From: Naegleria gruberi
Lineage: Eukaryota
Strand: one strand, 5' to 3'
Length of the DNA stretch: 64,000 nt
NCBI GenBank assembly: GCA_000004985.1
Contig: GG738904.1
Positions within the stretch are counted from its first letter, which is position 1, and each line of letters opens with the position of its first letter. Under the pieces are notes generated by a model. The model was not told the DNA's origin, did no database searches, and worked only from the letters and a program-made list of their open reading frames with translations. The translations under genes and the position numbers were made by a program. Shown one piece after another: positions 55,277 to 64,000 of the stretch.

Positions 55277-56921
55277 TTACAATAAAATTAATTGGAAAAG
55301 TAATACACTCAATAGACATGTCAATCCTAGGACAACTTGTCTACTTGCTAGAGAATTTTTCTCTTCTCCAATTATTGCAGATTTACCTGGTTGAGGAGTA
55401 TTGGTTGAGTTGACTGCAATAATTCCACTAGAGGAAGTACTGGTTTGCGGAGTGGAAGGAGTTTCAACCTTGAAAATAGTACAAGAGGAAGATGATTCCA
55501 GATTCAGAGTTGTTCCACTACCTGCCAAGAGTTGTGAATAACAATACTTGGTTGGCCATGTGAAAACACTGAATTGACCATTATTCAAATAAGGAGTCCC
55601 ACCAGTCTTTGTCTGATTATTACAATCCAAAATGAAAAGTAATCTCACTTGACCTCCACCTGTAGTAACAGCTGTCATATTATACACTTGTCCTGGAATA
55701 GGTTTTGCCCAAGTCACTTGTCTAAAACCATTTTCATTTGCATTGACCATGTAAGTTCTAGTGAAGGTAACATTATTTGGTGGAAAGACAACAGCTTGTC
55801 TATAAGTGTCAAATGCTCCAATATTTCCAGTTCCTGTAAATTTTGTCCATGGCCCACGCATTGAAACAATATTTTGATTTGTTGTAAAAGTCACCGGTTG
55901 ACCATCACCATTTAACCAACCATCAACAGATTCAACCATTCTTAAAGCATCTCGAATGTTATCCAAATCTGTGGCTGCAGTTGAACTCCAACCACCTGGA
56001 TGTAAAGTATAATTGGATCCAATTTCAGCATATAATCTATGTGAAATTGGTTAAACAACAAAATTTGGTCAATTGAGTTATTACTTACGCAAAAGGAGTG
56101 CCATCATTTTGATCAACTACTCTAGCTCCATAAACTTTCAATGTTTCTGCTACTTTCTTCAATTTGGTTGTTAAAATTTTGGAAGTGTCAAATGTTGAAG
56201 GAAGCATGACAAGTGCACCTTCAGGAATTTTACCAGTATTCAACCAAGCAGCACCATAATCTGCATGTGTTGCTGGAAAGACATAACGTGGATCAGGAGA
56301 AAGTCCAGTAAAATCCAAGGACATGGCCAAGACATGTCTAAACATGGTATCACCATCATCTATTTCATGAGTTCTTAAAATTCCACCAGATGGAGGAACA
56401 GCAGCAGCTCTAGCTCCTTGATAAAAGTGAGCTGGATCTCCCCAACCTGTTCCATCAACCTTTGTCCATGCATAGAAAACTGCAACCCATGTCGAATTCA
56501 CTTTTTTCAATTGCCAAAATGAGTGAACAATATTTGCAGTGGTATCATATATATCACAATGTCCATCACCACCAGTAGCTGGAAGTGCCTTCTCTGGCCA
56601 ACGAGGAATTGTAATGCTTTGGACATAGCCACCAACATCATTATCAGCAATACCTGAACTAGTACTTGGATAGACAGTCATTGGTTTATCTGTTGGAGAA
56701 GTTTCAAAGATACCAACTGAAAGAGATCCAGAATCAATGTTTGGATAGTATTTGGATCTTGGAATGGTTACATTGGCAGCGAATTTTGGGTTGACTGGTT
56801 GACTATTCCAAGGAGAGTTTACAGAAAATGGTTTCTTGACAGTTCCCCAACCGCCAGCACTTGATACCATTTCAATAAATAGCATCATTGTTAAAAAACA
56901 AACAACAAGACGACAAAGCAT
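55277..56921 (-). CDS. Hypothetical secreted protein with C-terminal hydrophobic (GPI-like) tail, 2 exons: 56089..56921 and 55277..56036; GC-rich compositional outlier
   Basis: Signal peptide MLCRLVVCFLTMMLFIEMVSSA. A 52-nt GTAAGT...CACATAG intron (56037-56088) joins two track ORFs in frame (...DGTPFA|LYAEIGSNY...), giving 531 codons. G/A/T/P-rich, about 45-50% GC against about 28-30% in flanking genes. No recognisable domain. Confidence 0.5.
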
Positions 56922-57142
56922 TCTATTTGACGTGTTTTTTTTAATGATTGGTGAAAGGTGTTTAGCTCAATTCTGGTCCATTCGAACTAGTCTGTACTAG
57001 AAAGTGCGTTACAAGATCTTGTCAGAACAAACAAAGTTGATGGAACATATTATGCATGCTAGAAATGATTCATTCGAATCTTGTTTACAATAAAAGGCCA
57101 CTTTCACTATAAAGGAAACAATAGGTCAGCTACATTAACATT

Positions 57143-58354
57143 TCATTTTTCTAATGTATTGCATTGTTTCTTCTCAACAACAAGATAACTAAGATGATGA
57201 TTCATTGTTTCACTCAAAAGTTTAGCACCATCTTCCATTTGAATTCCAGTATTGTAAATTGAAAGAGAAACTAATTGATATAGTCCACAGAGGTGTTTAA
57301 TACCTTCATCAGTAATATAATTTCCATTAAGATTAAGATTGGTCAATTGTTTCATTTCACCAATAAATTCAGCTCCTTCCTCACGAATATTATTCGAACG
57401 AATGTCAAGATTTGTTAAATATTTCATTTCACTAATATATTTAGCACCTCGATTACTTAGATAATTTTTACCAATATCAAGCTTAATCAATTGTTTCATT
57501 TCACTAATGTATTTAGCACCATCATCCCCAATTATATTTTTACGAATATTAAGATTGGTCAACTGAGTCATTTCACTCACTAATTTTGCTCCCTCAACTC
57601 GAATATTATTATTACTAATATTGAGATCTACCAATTGATGCATTCTCATTAAATGTTCAATGCCTTGATCACCAATACGATTTCCACCAACATTAAGACT
57701 GGTCAATTGTTTCAACGCACCAATGAATTTAACTCCTCTAACACCGATTTCATTATAATAAATATTGAGATGTGTAAGTTGTCTGATTCCATTACAGATG
57801 AATTTGGATCCATCTTCTCCTATCTTATTATGAGAAATGTCAAGATATGTCAATTGTTTCATTTTGCTAAGATATTTGGCTCCTTCTGAACTAATCCTAT
57901 TATACGAAACATTGAGCTTTGTTAATTTTGTGAGATTGCTAATATAAGAAACGCCTATATCACCAATATTATTCATTTTCATGTCAAGATCTACCAATCG
58001 ATTCTTCATCATTGCAGAAAATATTTTACAATCAAAAATAGTTTCGTTTCGTTTCTCCACTATTAATATTTCAATATTTTGAAGTAATTGACCTTTCAGT
58101 TTGTTATCATTTCTGCAAGTTAAAGAAAATCTTGATCTTTCCGAAATGACATTCAACCACTGTTTAGAAATTAGAGTACAATTTAGAATAAATTTAACAT
58201 CAAGAAATGATAAAATTTCAAAAATTGAATCATCTGAAAAGATGAGCAGAGAGTGTTTCAATTTTCGTTTAACTTTCGAATAGGATGTACTCGATGATTT
58301 GCTTGTTGTCTTTATGCGCATTTTTCTTTTAAATCTTTCTATTCGAAAGTGCAA
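57143..58354 (-). CDS. F-box / leucine-rich repeat (RNI-type) protein, paralogue of 7130-8365
   Basis: F-box-like IFEILSFLDVKFILNCTLISKQWLNVI, then about eleven LRR_RI units (LTxLNIxxNxIGxxGAKxIxEMKQ). Alignable with the 7130-8365 protein over the N-terminal 120 aa. Confidence 0.7.
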   Translation of the reverse strand: MHFRIERFKRKMRIKTTSKSSSTSYSKVKRKLKHSLLIFSDDSIFEILSFLDVKFILNCTLISKQWLNVISERSRFSLTCRNDNKLKGQLLQNIEILIVEKRNETIFDCKIFSAMMKNRLVDLDMKMNNIGDIGVSYISNLTKLTKLNVSYNRISSEGAKYLSKMKQLTYLDISHNKIGEDGSKFICNGIRQLTHLNIYYNEIGVRGVKFIGALKQLTSLNVGGNRIGDQGIEHLMRMHQLVDLNISNNNIRVEGAKLVSEMTQLTNLNIRKNIIGDDGAKYISEMKQLIKLDIGKNYLSNRGAKYISEMKYLTNLDIRSNNIREEGAEFIGEMKQLTNLNLNGNYITDEGIKHLCGLYQLVSLSIYNTGIQMEDGAKLLSETMNHHLSYLVVEKKQCNTLEK

Positions 58355-58605
58355 TTTTGATTTTCCACACTTTTATTTAATACTGTATTGTAAACTATTT
58401 CCCAACAAGCCATTCTTACATGTTGAATCTTTCCATTCTTTGAGTTTTTGAGCTAACGTGATAAATTTCTCTTTTTTTTCACTACTCATTCTAACAAGTT
58501 GGTTCGTGCCTTATCACGTTTGGCGAATTGTGTTTTGGCACAACATGTTTTCTTCTGCATCAAAATCTTTCCTTGTAAACGACATGTTGAATCACGATTT
58601 TCTTA

Positions 58606-60138
58606 ATGTTCCTCCAAAAAAACTATAAAAGAAGAATGGTTAATGTTTCACCAATTCCAAGACAATTCTCAGAGCATGTTGTTGTGATTCTGATAGATTT
58701 GCCTCGTTTATCAAATGATGCTCTAGTAAAGGACGAATTTACTTGCAAGTACCTCATGGAGAAACTCGAACGAAAGCTCTCTACCAAGCAATCTCTCTCA
58801 CGACTCATTGAAAAACAAATTGAAAAGCTTCAACAATTTAACATGTACATGGCACGAGATAGGAAAATGGTCTTTTCGAATATTCATTCTAAATATTTGC
58901 AAATTATCGGCAGCGAAATGTTAAAGAGGAGAAATTCGCAATTGGTAAAGCAAGTTGAAGAATCTGAGAGAAAATGTCTAAACGTGATGGGAATTCCATT
59001 CTTTCAAAAATTGGACAAGTGGTTCCAAACCTTTGATTGGTCCAAGGCTATTCACTTATTAGAAACTCTTTCTCATTACTTTAGTCCATTTGCATTAGAT
59101 CTTTCCAATAACTATCTATTTGCCAAATTGTTATTATCCAGCACTGTGAACAGTTATTTTTTGCAATTCTTACAGATTAGTAAGAGACACATGAGAAATG
59201 ATAAGGTGAATTATTATCGTTTCTCCCTGTATTTCATTCATGAAGAACATGAGAGTGTTCTTGAGGAATGTTTCAATTCGAAACTTGAAAAGGAACATTT
59301 GGCTCGTAGAAATGAATTTCCACTCAAAGTGATTATTTTAATTGGTAAACACACTTTGGAATGGACAGAGAATGGTTTCATCCAAGTTGAAGAGCTGAAT
59401 TACAGTAGTGAATTGGAAACTTGTTGTTTCCGTTCGTCTTTCCTAGTTTGTAGAAAGAGTGAGCAAATTGAGTATTACATGAAAAAGTTGATAGATTTTA
59501 ATTGTAAATGGAATGCCAGCATGTGTTATAATGATGAACAGTGTAACACTGGACACTATGCAAAGAGTTTATTGAGCTATTTGAATATTTCACTTTCGAA
59601 TAGAGATTCCAATACTTTATTAGATTGCATATGTGATAATAGACCTGTTCCATTTGAATTTAATATTCCAGTTGATTTAGTAATGGTTTCACCAATCAAA
59701 AAGGCATTGTCTAATTATTTAAACAGTATTGGATATGAGCCTAAATGGGTTCGTCCCATTTCGAATTGTATTTCACAAGAAACAAGTCACGAAACTTTCT
59801 TCTTAAAGCTAGATAGGACCTGGGACGAAATTGAAACTTTCTATCACTTTTTTCTTCGTTATCTAAGTGTTGATTGTCCATTCTTAGATGTTTCAGAAGA
59901 GTTTAGTTTATTTCTTCTAGCTTTATTAGAAAGTAATCGTGAAATTGTGAGAGGTGAATCCTTTGCGTCACTTGTAAACTTTTCCAAAAAGCAAATTCTT
60001 GAATTATTAAGAAGAAGGAGAAATCAAAGTTATCATTCACAACTTTACAATTTCAGCGATTTCAATTCAATGAAGAAATCAATCATTGAAAAAGATGTTC
60101 ACGTATTGAAAGATATTTCCGCATTCTTAGAAGAATAA
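58606..60138 (+). CDS. Hypothetical protein (510 aa)
   Basis: Long ATG ORF, Cys-rich in the central region. No family recognised. Confidence 0.4.
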   Translation: MFLQKNYKRRMVNVSPIPRQFSEHVVVILIDLPRLSNDALVKDEFTCKYLMEKLERKLSTKQSLSRLIEKQIEKLQQFNMYMARDRKMVFSNIHSKYLQIIGSEMLKRRNSQLVKQVEESERKCLNVMGIPFFQKLDKWFQTFDWSKAIHLLETLSHYFSPFALDLSNNYLFAKLLLSSTVNSYFLQFLQISKRHMRNDKVNYYRFSLYFIHEEHESVLEECFNSKLEKEHLARRNEFPLKVIILIGKHTLEWTENGFIQVEELNYSSELETCCFRSSFLVCRKSEQIEYYMKKLIDFNCKWNASMCYNDEQCNTGHYAKSLLSYLNISLSNRDSNTLLDCICDNRPVPFEFNIPVDLVMVSPIKKALSNYLNSIGYEPKWVRPISNCISQETSHETFFLKLDRTWDEIETFYHFFLRYLSVDCPFLDVSEEFSLFLLALLESNREIVRGESFASLVNFSKKQILELLRRRRNQSYHSQLYNFSDFNSMKKSIIEKDVHVLKDISAFLEE

Positions 60139-60868
60139 TCTATTGTTGTGTGAGTTGCTTGAAGAAAAAACTGTAAAGGAGTTAGTTCTTTGATGCGAAA
60201 TACTATTCGAAAGATTTCTAATAGTCGTGACTCCAACATTAAAAAATCTTTAAAATCTTTACAAGTCCTCTCTTCATTGAATAACAGCGCTCACTTCTTA
60301 TCTCTCAATTACAATCCTAACCTTTCGAATATCCTTGTTATAATCTTTTCGTACAACTTAACTGTAGTATTTTTGGCGGAGTGGAATCAAAAGGATTAAA
60401 CCAATTCGGTGAGATTCGTGCTGTGTCACCTCTGCATTTGTGTTTAACATAAATCCAATGTCGCAACCTACTTGCTAATAGAAAAAAAACAACGAAACTA
60501 AACGAAATGACCAGCTCCATGGATGAATTTGAAAAACTTGTGAAAGCTTCCCCTAATGTTAGTATGTGGTCACACAGCAACGTGTGTGTCTTTTTATCTT
60601 CGTATCCTGACTTGGTTTCAAAGAAGGTTATAAAAAGTAGGTTATTTTCCTTTTCTGTCCAACCTAAACACATGTTCACACTTAAACTTTAACTGAATAG
60701 AAATTAAACAAGAAGGATGGTCTGGAATTGATTTATTGGAAAGAGGTTCTATAGAATACATGACAAAATTCTTAAAATTGTCAACAAGTGATGCCAGTTC
60801 ATTCCTCTTAGCCATTGATAAACTTCAAAAGAGAGCTGAAATGGAAAAACCAACTTGTGATGAATAAT

Positions 60869-61861
60869 TTATTTAAATTCTGGCCGCAGGTTACCAAGCT
60901 CATCCAGATAATTGTAGACATCTTCACCATATACGTATCTGTCCTTTTTCTTGTCAACCACACGGTCAAACATGTTAATTCCCTCAAGATGGTCGAATTC
61001 ATGTTGGAAAACACGAGCAGAAAATCCGTCTAATGTTTTTCTTTGTTTAACTCCGAACATGTTAATGTATTCTACCTCAATTTCCTTACTTCTCATTAAA
61101 AATAAATATTCATTCTTAAAACTCAAACATCCTTCAACTTCTCTTTCCATTTCAACACTTTTATCCACAATCTTTGGATCAATATATAATTCCAAATCAA
61201 CATCATAGGCATAACTTGCATCTGGATCGAAAATTTCACTTGTGGCATTCTTCTTTTCTTCAAAACCTCCAGATTGTTTTGCATTTACAACCTTCAACTT
61301 TGGTGTTGCTTTGAAAATTCTATCAGTACCAATGAAATATCTAATTTTGTGATATAATTGAGGAGCACTAATACCAGTACCATCATCATGATAAACTTTC
61401 AAAGACATGAATAAATCTCTGAAAAACATGATTTGATTTTCTGATAATGTTTCCGATAATTGTTTGTACAAATAGTTAGCATCATCATCTGATAACTTTG
61501 GTATCACTTCTGTGCTCTTATCAGTCCAAACTCTATTAACATCATAATAACTAGTAACATTTTCTTCGGCATCCACCTTTTTTAATCCTCTCATAGATCC
61601 TGGTAATTCTAAAATACTACGAGGTGTAAAATTAGTATTATTTGCTAATAACGACCCAGTACATGGTTGCTTTAAAATAGGTTCCTTCTTTCCAGCAATT
61701 CTCACTTTTCTAAATGGAAGAATTTTATCATTACCCTCCGATTCAATTTCTGCATTTATCATTGCAGTTATCTTTGAAGCCTTGATACCATGTTTTCGGA
61801 GTAGTGGTTCAAATACAGCCTTGTTATGAAAGAAGCCTGCCCTATCAAGAAAAGAAAGCAT
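60869..61861 (-). CDS. PDF: Peptide deformylase (organellar type) with ~150-aa N-terminal extension
   Basis: All three PDF motifs are present: GTGISAPQL (motif 1, G-G-AAPQ), EGCLSF (motif 2, EGCLS), QHEFDHLEGI (motif 3, HEXXH). The N-terminal extension is consistent with organelle targeting. Confidence 0.8.
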   Translation of the reverse strand: MLSFLDRAGFFHNKAVFEPLLRKHGIKASKITAMINAEIESEGNDKILPFRKVRIAGKKEPILKQPCTGSLLANNTNFTPRSILELPGSMRGLKKVDAEENVTSYYDVNRVWTDKSTEVIPKLSDDDANYLYKQLSETLSENQIMFFRDLFMSLKVYHDDGTGISAPQLYHKIRYFIGTDRIFKATPKLKVVNAKQSGGFEEKKNATSEIFDPDASYAYDVDLELYIDPKIVDKSVEMEREVEGCLSFKNEYLFLMRSKEIEVEYINMFGVKQRKTLDGFSARVFQHEFDHLEGINMFDRVVDKKKDRYVYGEDVYNYLDELGNLRPEFK

Positions 61862-61979
61862 TTTTTTTTTGATTGAATTTTTAATAAAAGTAAAATAATT
61901 ATTATTTGATTATTGAACATTTATTTAAAAGACATCAAATTCTAATATGATAATGAATTGATAAAGAGTAACAATGTAA

Positions 61980-62873
61980 ATGTGTTTTTCTATCATTATA
62001 AAAAAAATGAGGAATTTAAGGTCAGCCTCATTCTCGAGTCAATATGAAGCATCCCAACAACAGGCTCAATTATCATCACTCTTATCATCATCGGGTGCTG
62101 GAGCTAATTATCCACAACCTGAATTGAGCGATACAATATCTGTTGTTTCTTCACTATTAACAGATGAGTATAAACCATTTAAACCGACGAATAAGGCTCC
62201 ACTTAATCAATCTGTTGCAACAGCTAGTGCTGATCAAATTGATAGTAGTTTCTCTGAGAATGATCGGAGGGAGATGGAAAATCTGAGAGCCATCATTAAG
62301 GAATATAAGGCAAAGAAACTCGTTTTAGACTATGAAATTAGTCAGAAGGAAAATAATATAAAAACTTTAAAGGAAAATAACACTGAATTAAAATCGGAAG
62401 CTGATGAATCATTTGCTGTGTGGAATGTAACGAGACAAGATACATTGGATTTTATTAGCGAGGATATTACAGCTTCCTATGATTTTGGTGATTTGTCTCT
62501 CTCTGAGGAAGGTGGTAATGAAAGAGACTTACTGTGGAGAAAACTCAAACACTATAGAACTATTTACTGTAAAATAATGCAATATGTTGAAGTCAGAGAA
62601 AGCGAAATCAAACAACTAGAGAATGAAGAAAAGAATGATTTTGATGATATTGTAAAATTAAACAAATCCATTGATGCAGATATTGAACATTTGATAGGAA
62701 AGAGAGCTGAAATGGAATCTAGGATTGAATCCAGTTTCAATACAATAATTGAAAAGAAGAGGGATAATGAGCTTAAGAGACAAAATATTGAGATACTGAA
62801 GGAAAAAGTTTCACAAGCAGAAATCAAAACACAACAAGATGTTCAAATTCTTGCTAAAAAACTATTCAAATAA
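61980..62873 (+). CDS. Hypothetical coiled-coil protein (297 aa)
   Basis: ATG ORF. The C-terminal two-thirds are heptad-rich (E/K/L). Confidence 0.4.
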   Translation: MCFSIIIKKMRNLRSASFSSQYEASQQQAQLSSLLSSSGAGANYPQPELSDTISVVSSLLTDEYKPFKPTNKAPLNQSVATASADQIDSSFSENDRREMENLRAIIKEYKAKKLVLDYEISQKENNIKTLKENNTELKSEADESFAVWNVTRQDTLDFISEDITASYDFGDLSLSEEGGNERDLLWRKLKHYRTIYCKIMQYVEVRESEIKQLENEEKNDFDDIVKLNKSIDADIEHLIGKRAEMESRIESSFNTIIEKKRDNELKRQNIEILKEKVSQAEIKTQQDVQILAKKLFK

Positions 62874-62895
62874 ATTCCAATTATTATTTACACAA

Positions 62896-63210
62896 TTATT
62901 CTTCGTCTTCTGCTTCCTCAACTTCTTCAGTAGCAGGATTTGGAATATTAATACTTTCCCAAACTTGTTGGTCATCATCAAAACAAGTCAAACATAATAT
63001 TGGTCCTAAATGTGCCTTTTCCAATTGTAATTCTTCCAGTGTTGTTGAATTTTGTAATTCTTCATCCTCTTCAAGTCCTCGGAATAATCTTTGATGATCA
63101 ACAGGAATATTTAAAACTTGGTCAATACGTTCCTTCAATTGTAAGATTGTATCAATAGGATCACAATGTAAAAAAACTGTTGTTTTTGCTCTTTTAATCC
63201 TCACATACAT
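62896..63210 (-). CDS. Elongin-B-like ubiquitin-fold protein (104 aa)
   Basis: MYVRIKRAKTTVFLHCDPIDTILQLKERIDQVL...QRLF aligns with the N-terminus of metazoan Elongin B (MDVFLMIRRHKTTIF...ELKRIVEGIL...QRLY). Acidic C-terminus. Confidence 0.55.
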   Translation of the reverse strand: MYVRIKRAKTTVFLHCDPIDTILQLKERIDQVLNIPVDHQRLFRGLEEDEELQNSTTLEELQLEKAHLGPILCLTCFDDDQQVWESINIPNPATEEVEEAEDEE

Positions 63211-63397
63211 CGACTAAATGGTGAGTTAATCCTCTCCATACAAATCCAGCAAACAAAACATACCATTTTTTTAAAATTTATTTCTTGTAAATAATTCCGA
63301 TAAACTATTTAATATTTATTTATTATTGATTATTAATACTGTTTCATGCTTTCAACATATTGAACTACTACAACATTAAAAAAAACAGCTCAACATC

Positions 63398-63694
63398 ATG
63401 AAGAGATTCATTTTCATTGGTCTATTATTGACATTGTCACTTGTTTTCTTGATGTTTTTTCAAACAGTTGTTGAAGGAGCCGTAAAGAAAAATGGAGGGA
63501 AATCATCAAACGTTAGAAATGCTTCGACTAATTCCAATTCCCTAAGAAATGATTTAATATTTCACTTGAAAACTGTTATGAATATTGAGAATAATTCAAA
63601 TACCAGAAATTCCAATCATTTGAACTCCAATTCACAAGGAAAGTCGAATCGTGGCCACACCAAAAAGGTCAAATCCAACAATCTAAGAGGCTGA
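63398..63694 (+). CDS. Small hypothetical secreted N/S-rich protein (98 aa)
   Basis: Signal-like N-terminus MKRFIFIGLLLTLSLVFLMFF, then a low-complexity body. Weak support. Confidence 0.25.
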   Translation: MKRFIFIGLLLTLSLVFLMFFQTVVEGAVKKNGGKSSNVRNASTNSNSLRNDLIFHLKTVMNIENNSNTRNSNHLNSNSQGKSNRGHTKKVKSNNLRG

Positions 63695-64000
63695 TCACTC
63701 AATAAAACCTTCATACAACAATCATTTTTGGACAATAACTCACAATTCTAAAAAATCTATTGTAAACTCAATACCTGATTATAATATTAATATTAATACA
63801 TCACGTATCAATCCACCCGAATATGAACCTTAACGACAAAGCTTGCTGTTGGCCTGTTTGCAAAATGTTCAAATTCCAAACAGACGCAAAAATCAGATAA
63901 ATTTAGGCTTGCAAAAAATATCTGCCTCCGCTCCTTGGTCTCACCTCAACTCTGAAGAACACAAACTTCTCTCTTTGTTATTTTGAAACCCTTTCTATTG

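Noticed and set aside
63211-63262. Possible ATG-only first exon plus 49-nt GTATGT...TTTAG intron upstream of the Elongin-B-like gene
   Set aside because: The simpler model, the Met at 63210 (MYVRIKRAKTT), aligns directly with the N-terminus of Elongin B. Both are possible, and only transcript data can decide.
1-64000. Search for prokaryotic-type systems (CRISPR arrays, restriction-modification, toxin-antitoxin or defence operons, phage or integrative elements)
   Set aside because: The sequence is clearly eukaryotic nuclear: spliceosomal introns, eukaryotic tRNAs, flagellar and ubiquitin-system genes. It has no direct-repeat/spacer arrays, operon-like co-directional short-gap gene strings, integrase genes or att-like sites.

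Overview
This window is an AT-rich (roughly 30% GC) eukaryotic nuclear scaffold segment with three 50-N scaffolding gaps (26305-26354, 27295-27344, 35575-35624). Genes lie densely on both strands. Most are single-exon, but several carry short (42-63 nt) GTAAGT/GTATGT...AG spliceosomal introns. I reconstructed those introns by hand because the ORF track splits them into adjacent ORFs. The track also allows TTG/GTG starts, so many of its 'M' residues are not real start codons.

Gene content I can recognise:
- Kinases and phosphatases: RIO1 kinase, PP2C phosphatase, a PRK/uridine-kinase-family P-loop kinase, and a divergent kinase fused to DUF4116-like repeats (plus a second DUF4116-repeat protein).
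- Flagellar/centriolar proteins: radial spoke head protein 9 (RSPH9), an Sfi1-like centrin-binding repeat protein, and an EFCAB6-like multi-EF-hand protein.
- Organelle and membrane proteins: a mitochondrial carrier, a TMX-like thioredoxin membrane protein, a TauE/SafE permease, a ClC chloride channel, and organellar-type peptide deformylase and TrmO.
- Ubiquitin-related: three F-box/LRR(RNI-type) proteins, an F-box/Sel1 protein, an Elongin-B-like protein, and a UBC(E2)-F-box fusion.
- Other: gamma-glutamyl hydrolase, three tRNA genes (Gln-TTG x2, Asp-GTC), and a partial histidine phosphatase at the left edge.

The gene repertoire (flagellar proteins plus abundant F-box/LRR proteins, sparse short introns, AT-richness, standard genetic code) points to an amoeboflagellate, possibly a heterolobosean such as Naegleria. 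That is inference only.

No prokaryotic-style operon, CRISPR array or defence island is present. The most unusual local features are:
- a tRNA-Gln-centred segmental duplication with pseudogene fragments whose boundaries coincide with assembly gaps;
- an E2-F-box fusion gene;
- paired ~80-bp conserved elements flanking a P-loop ATPase gene;
- a GC-rich compositional-outlier gene for a secreted protein;
- a 9-kb neighbourhood of three cilium/centriole genes.
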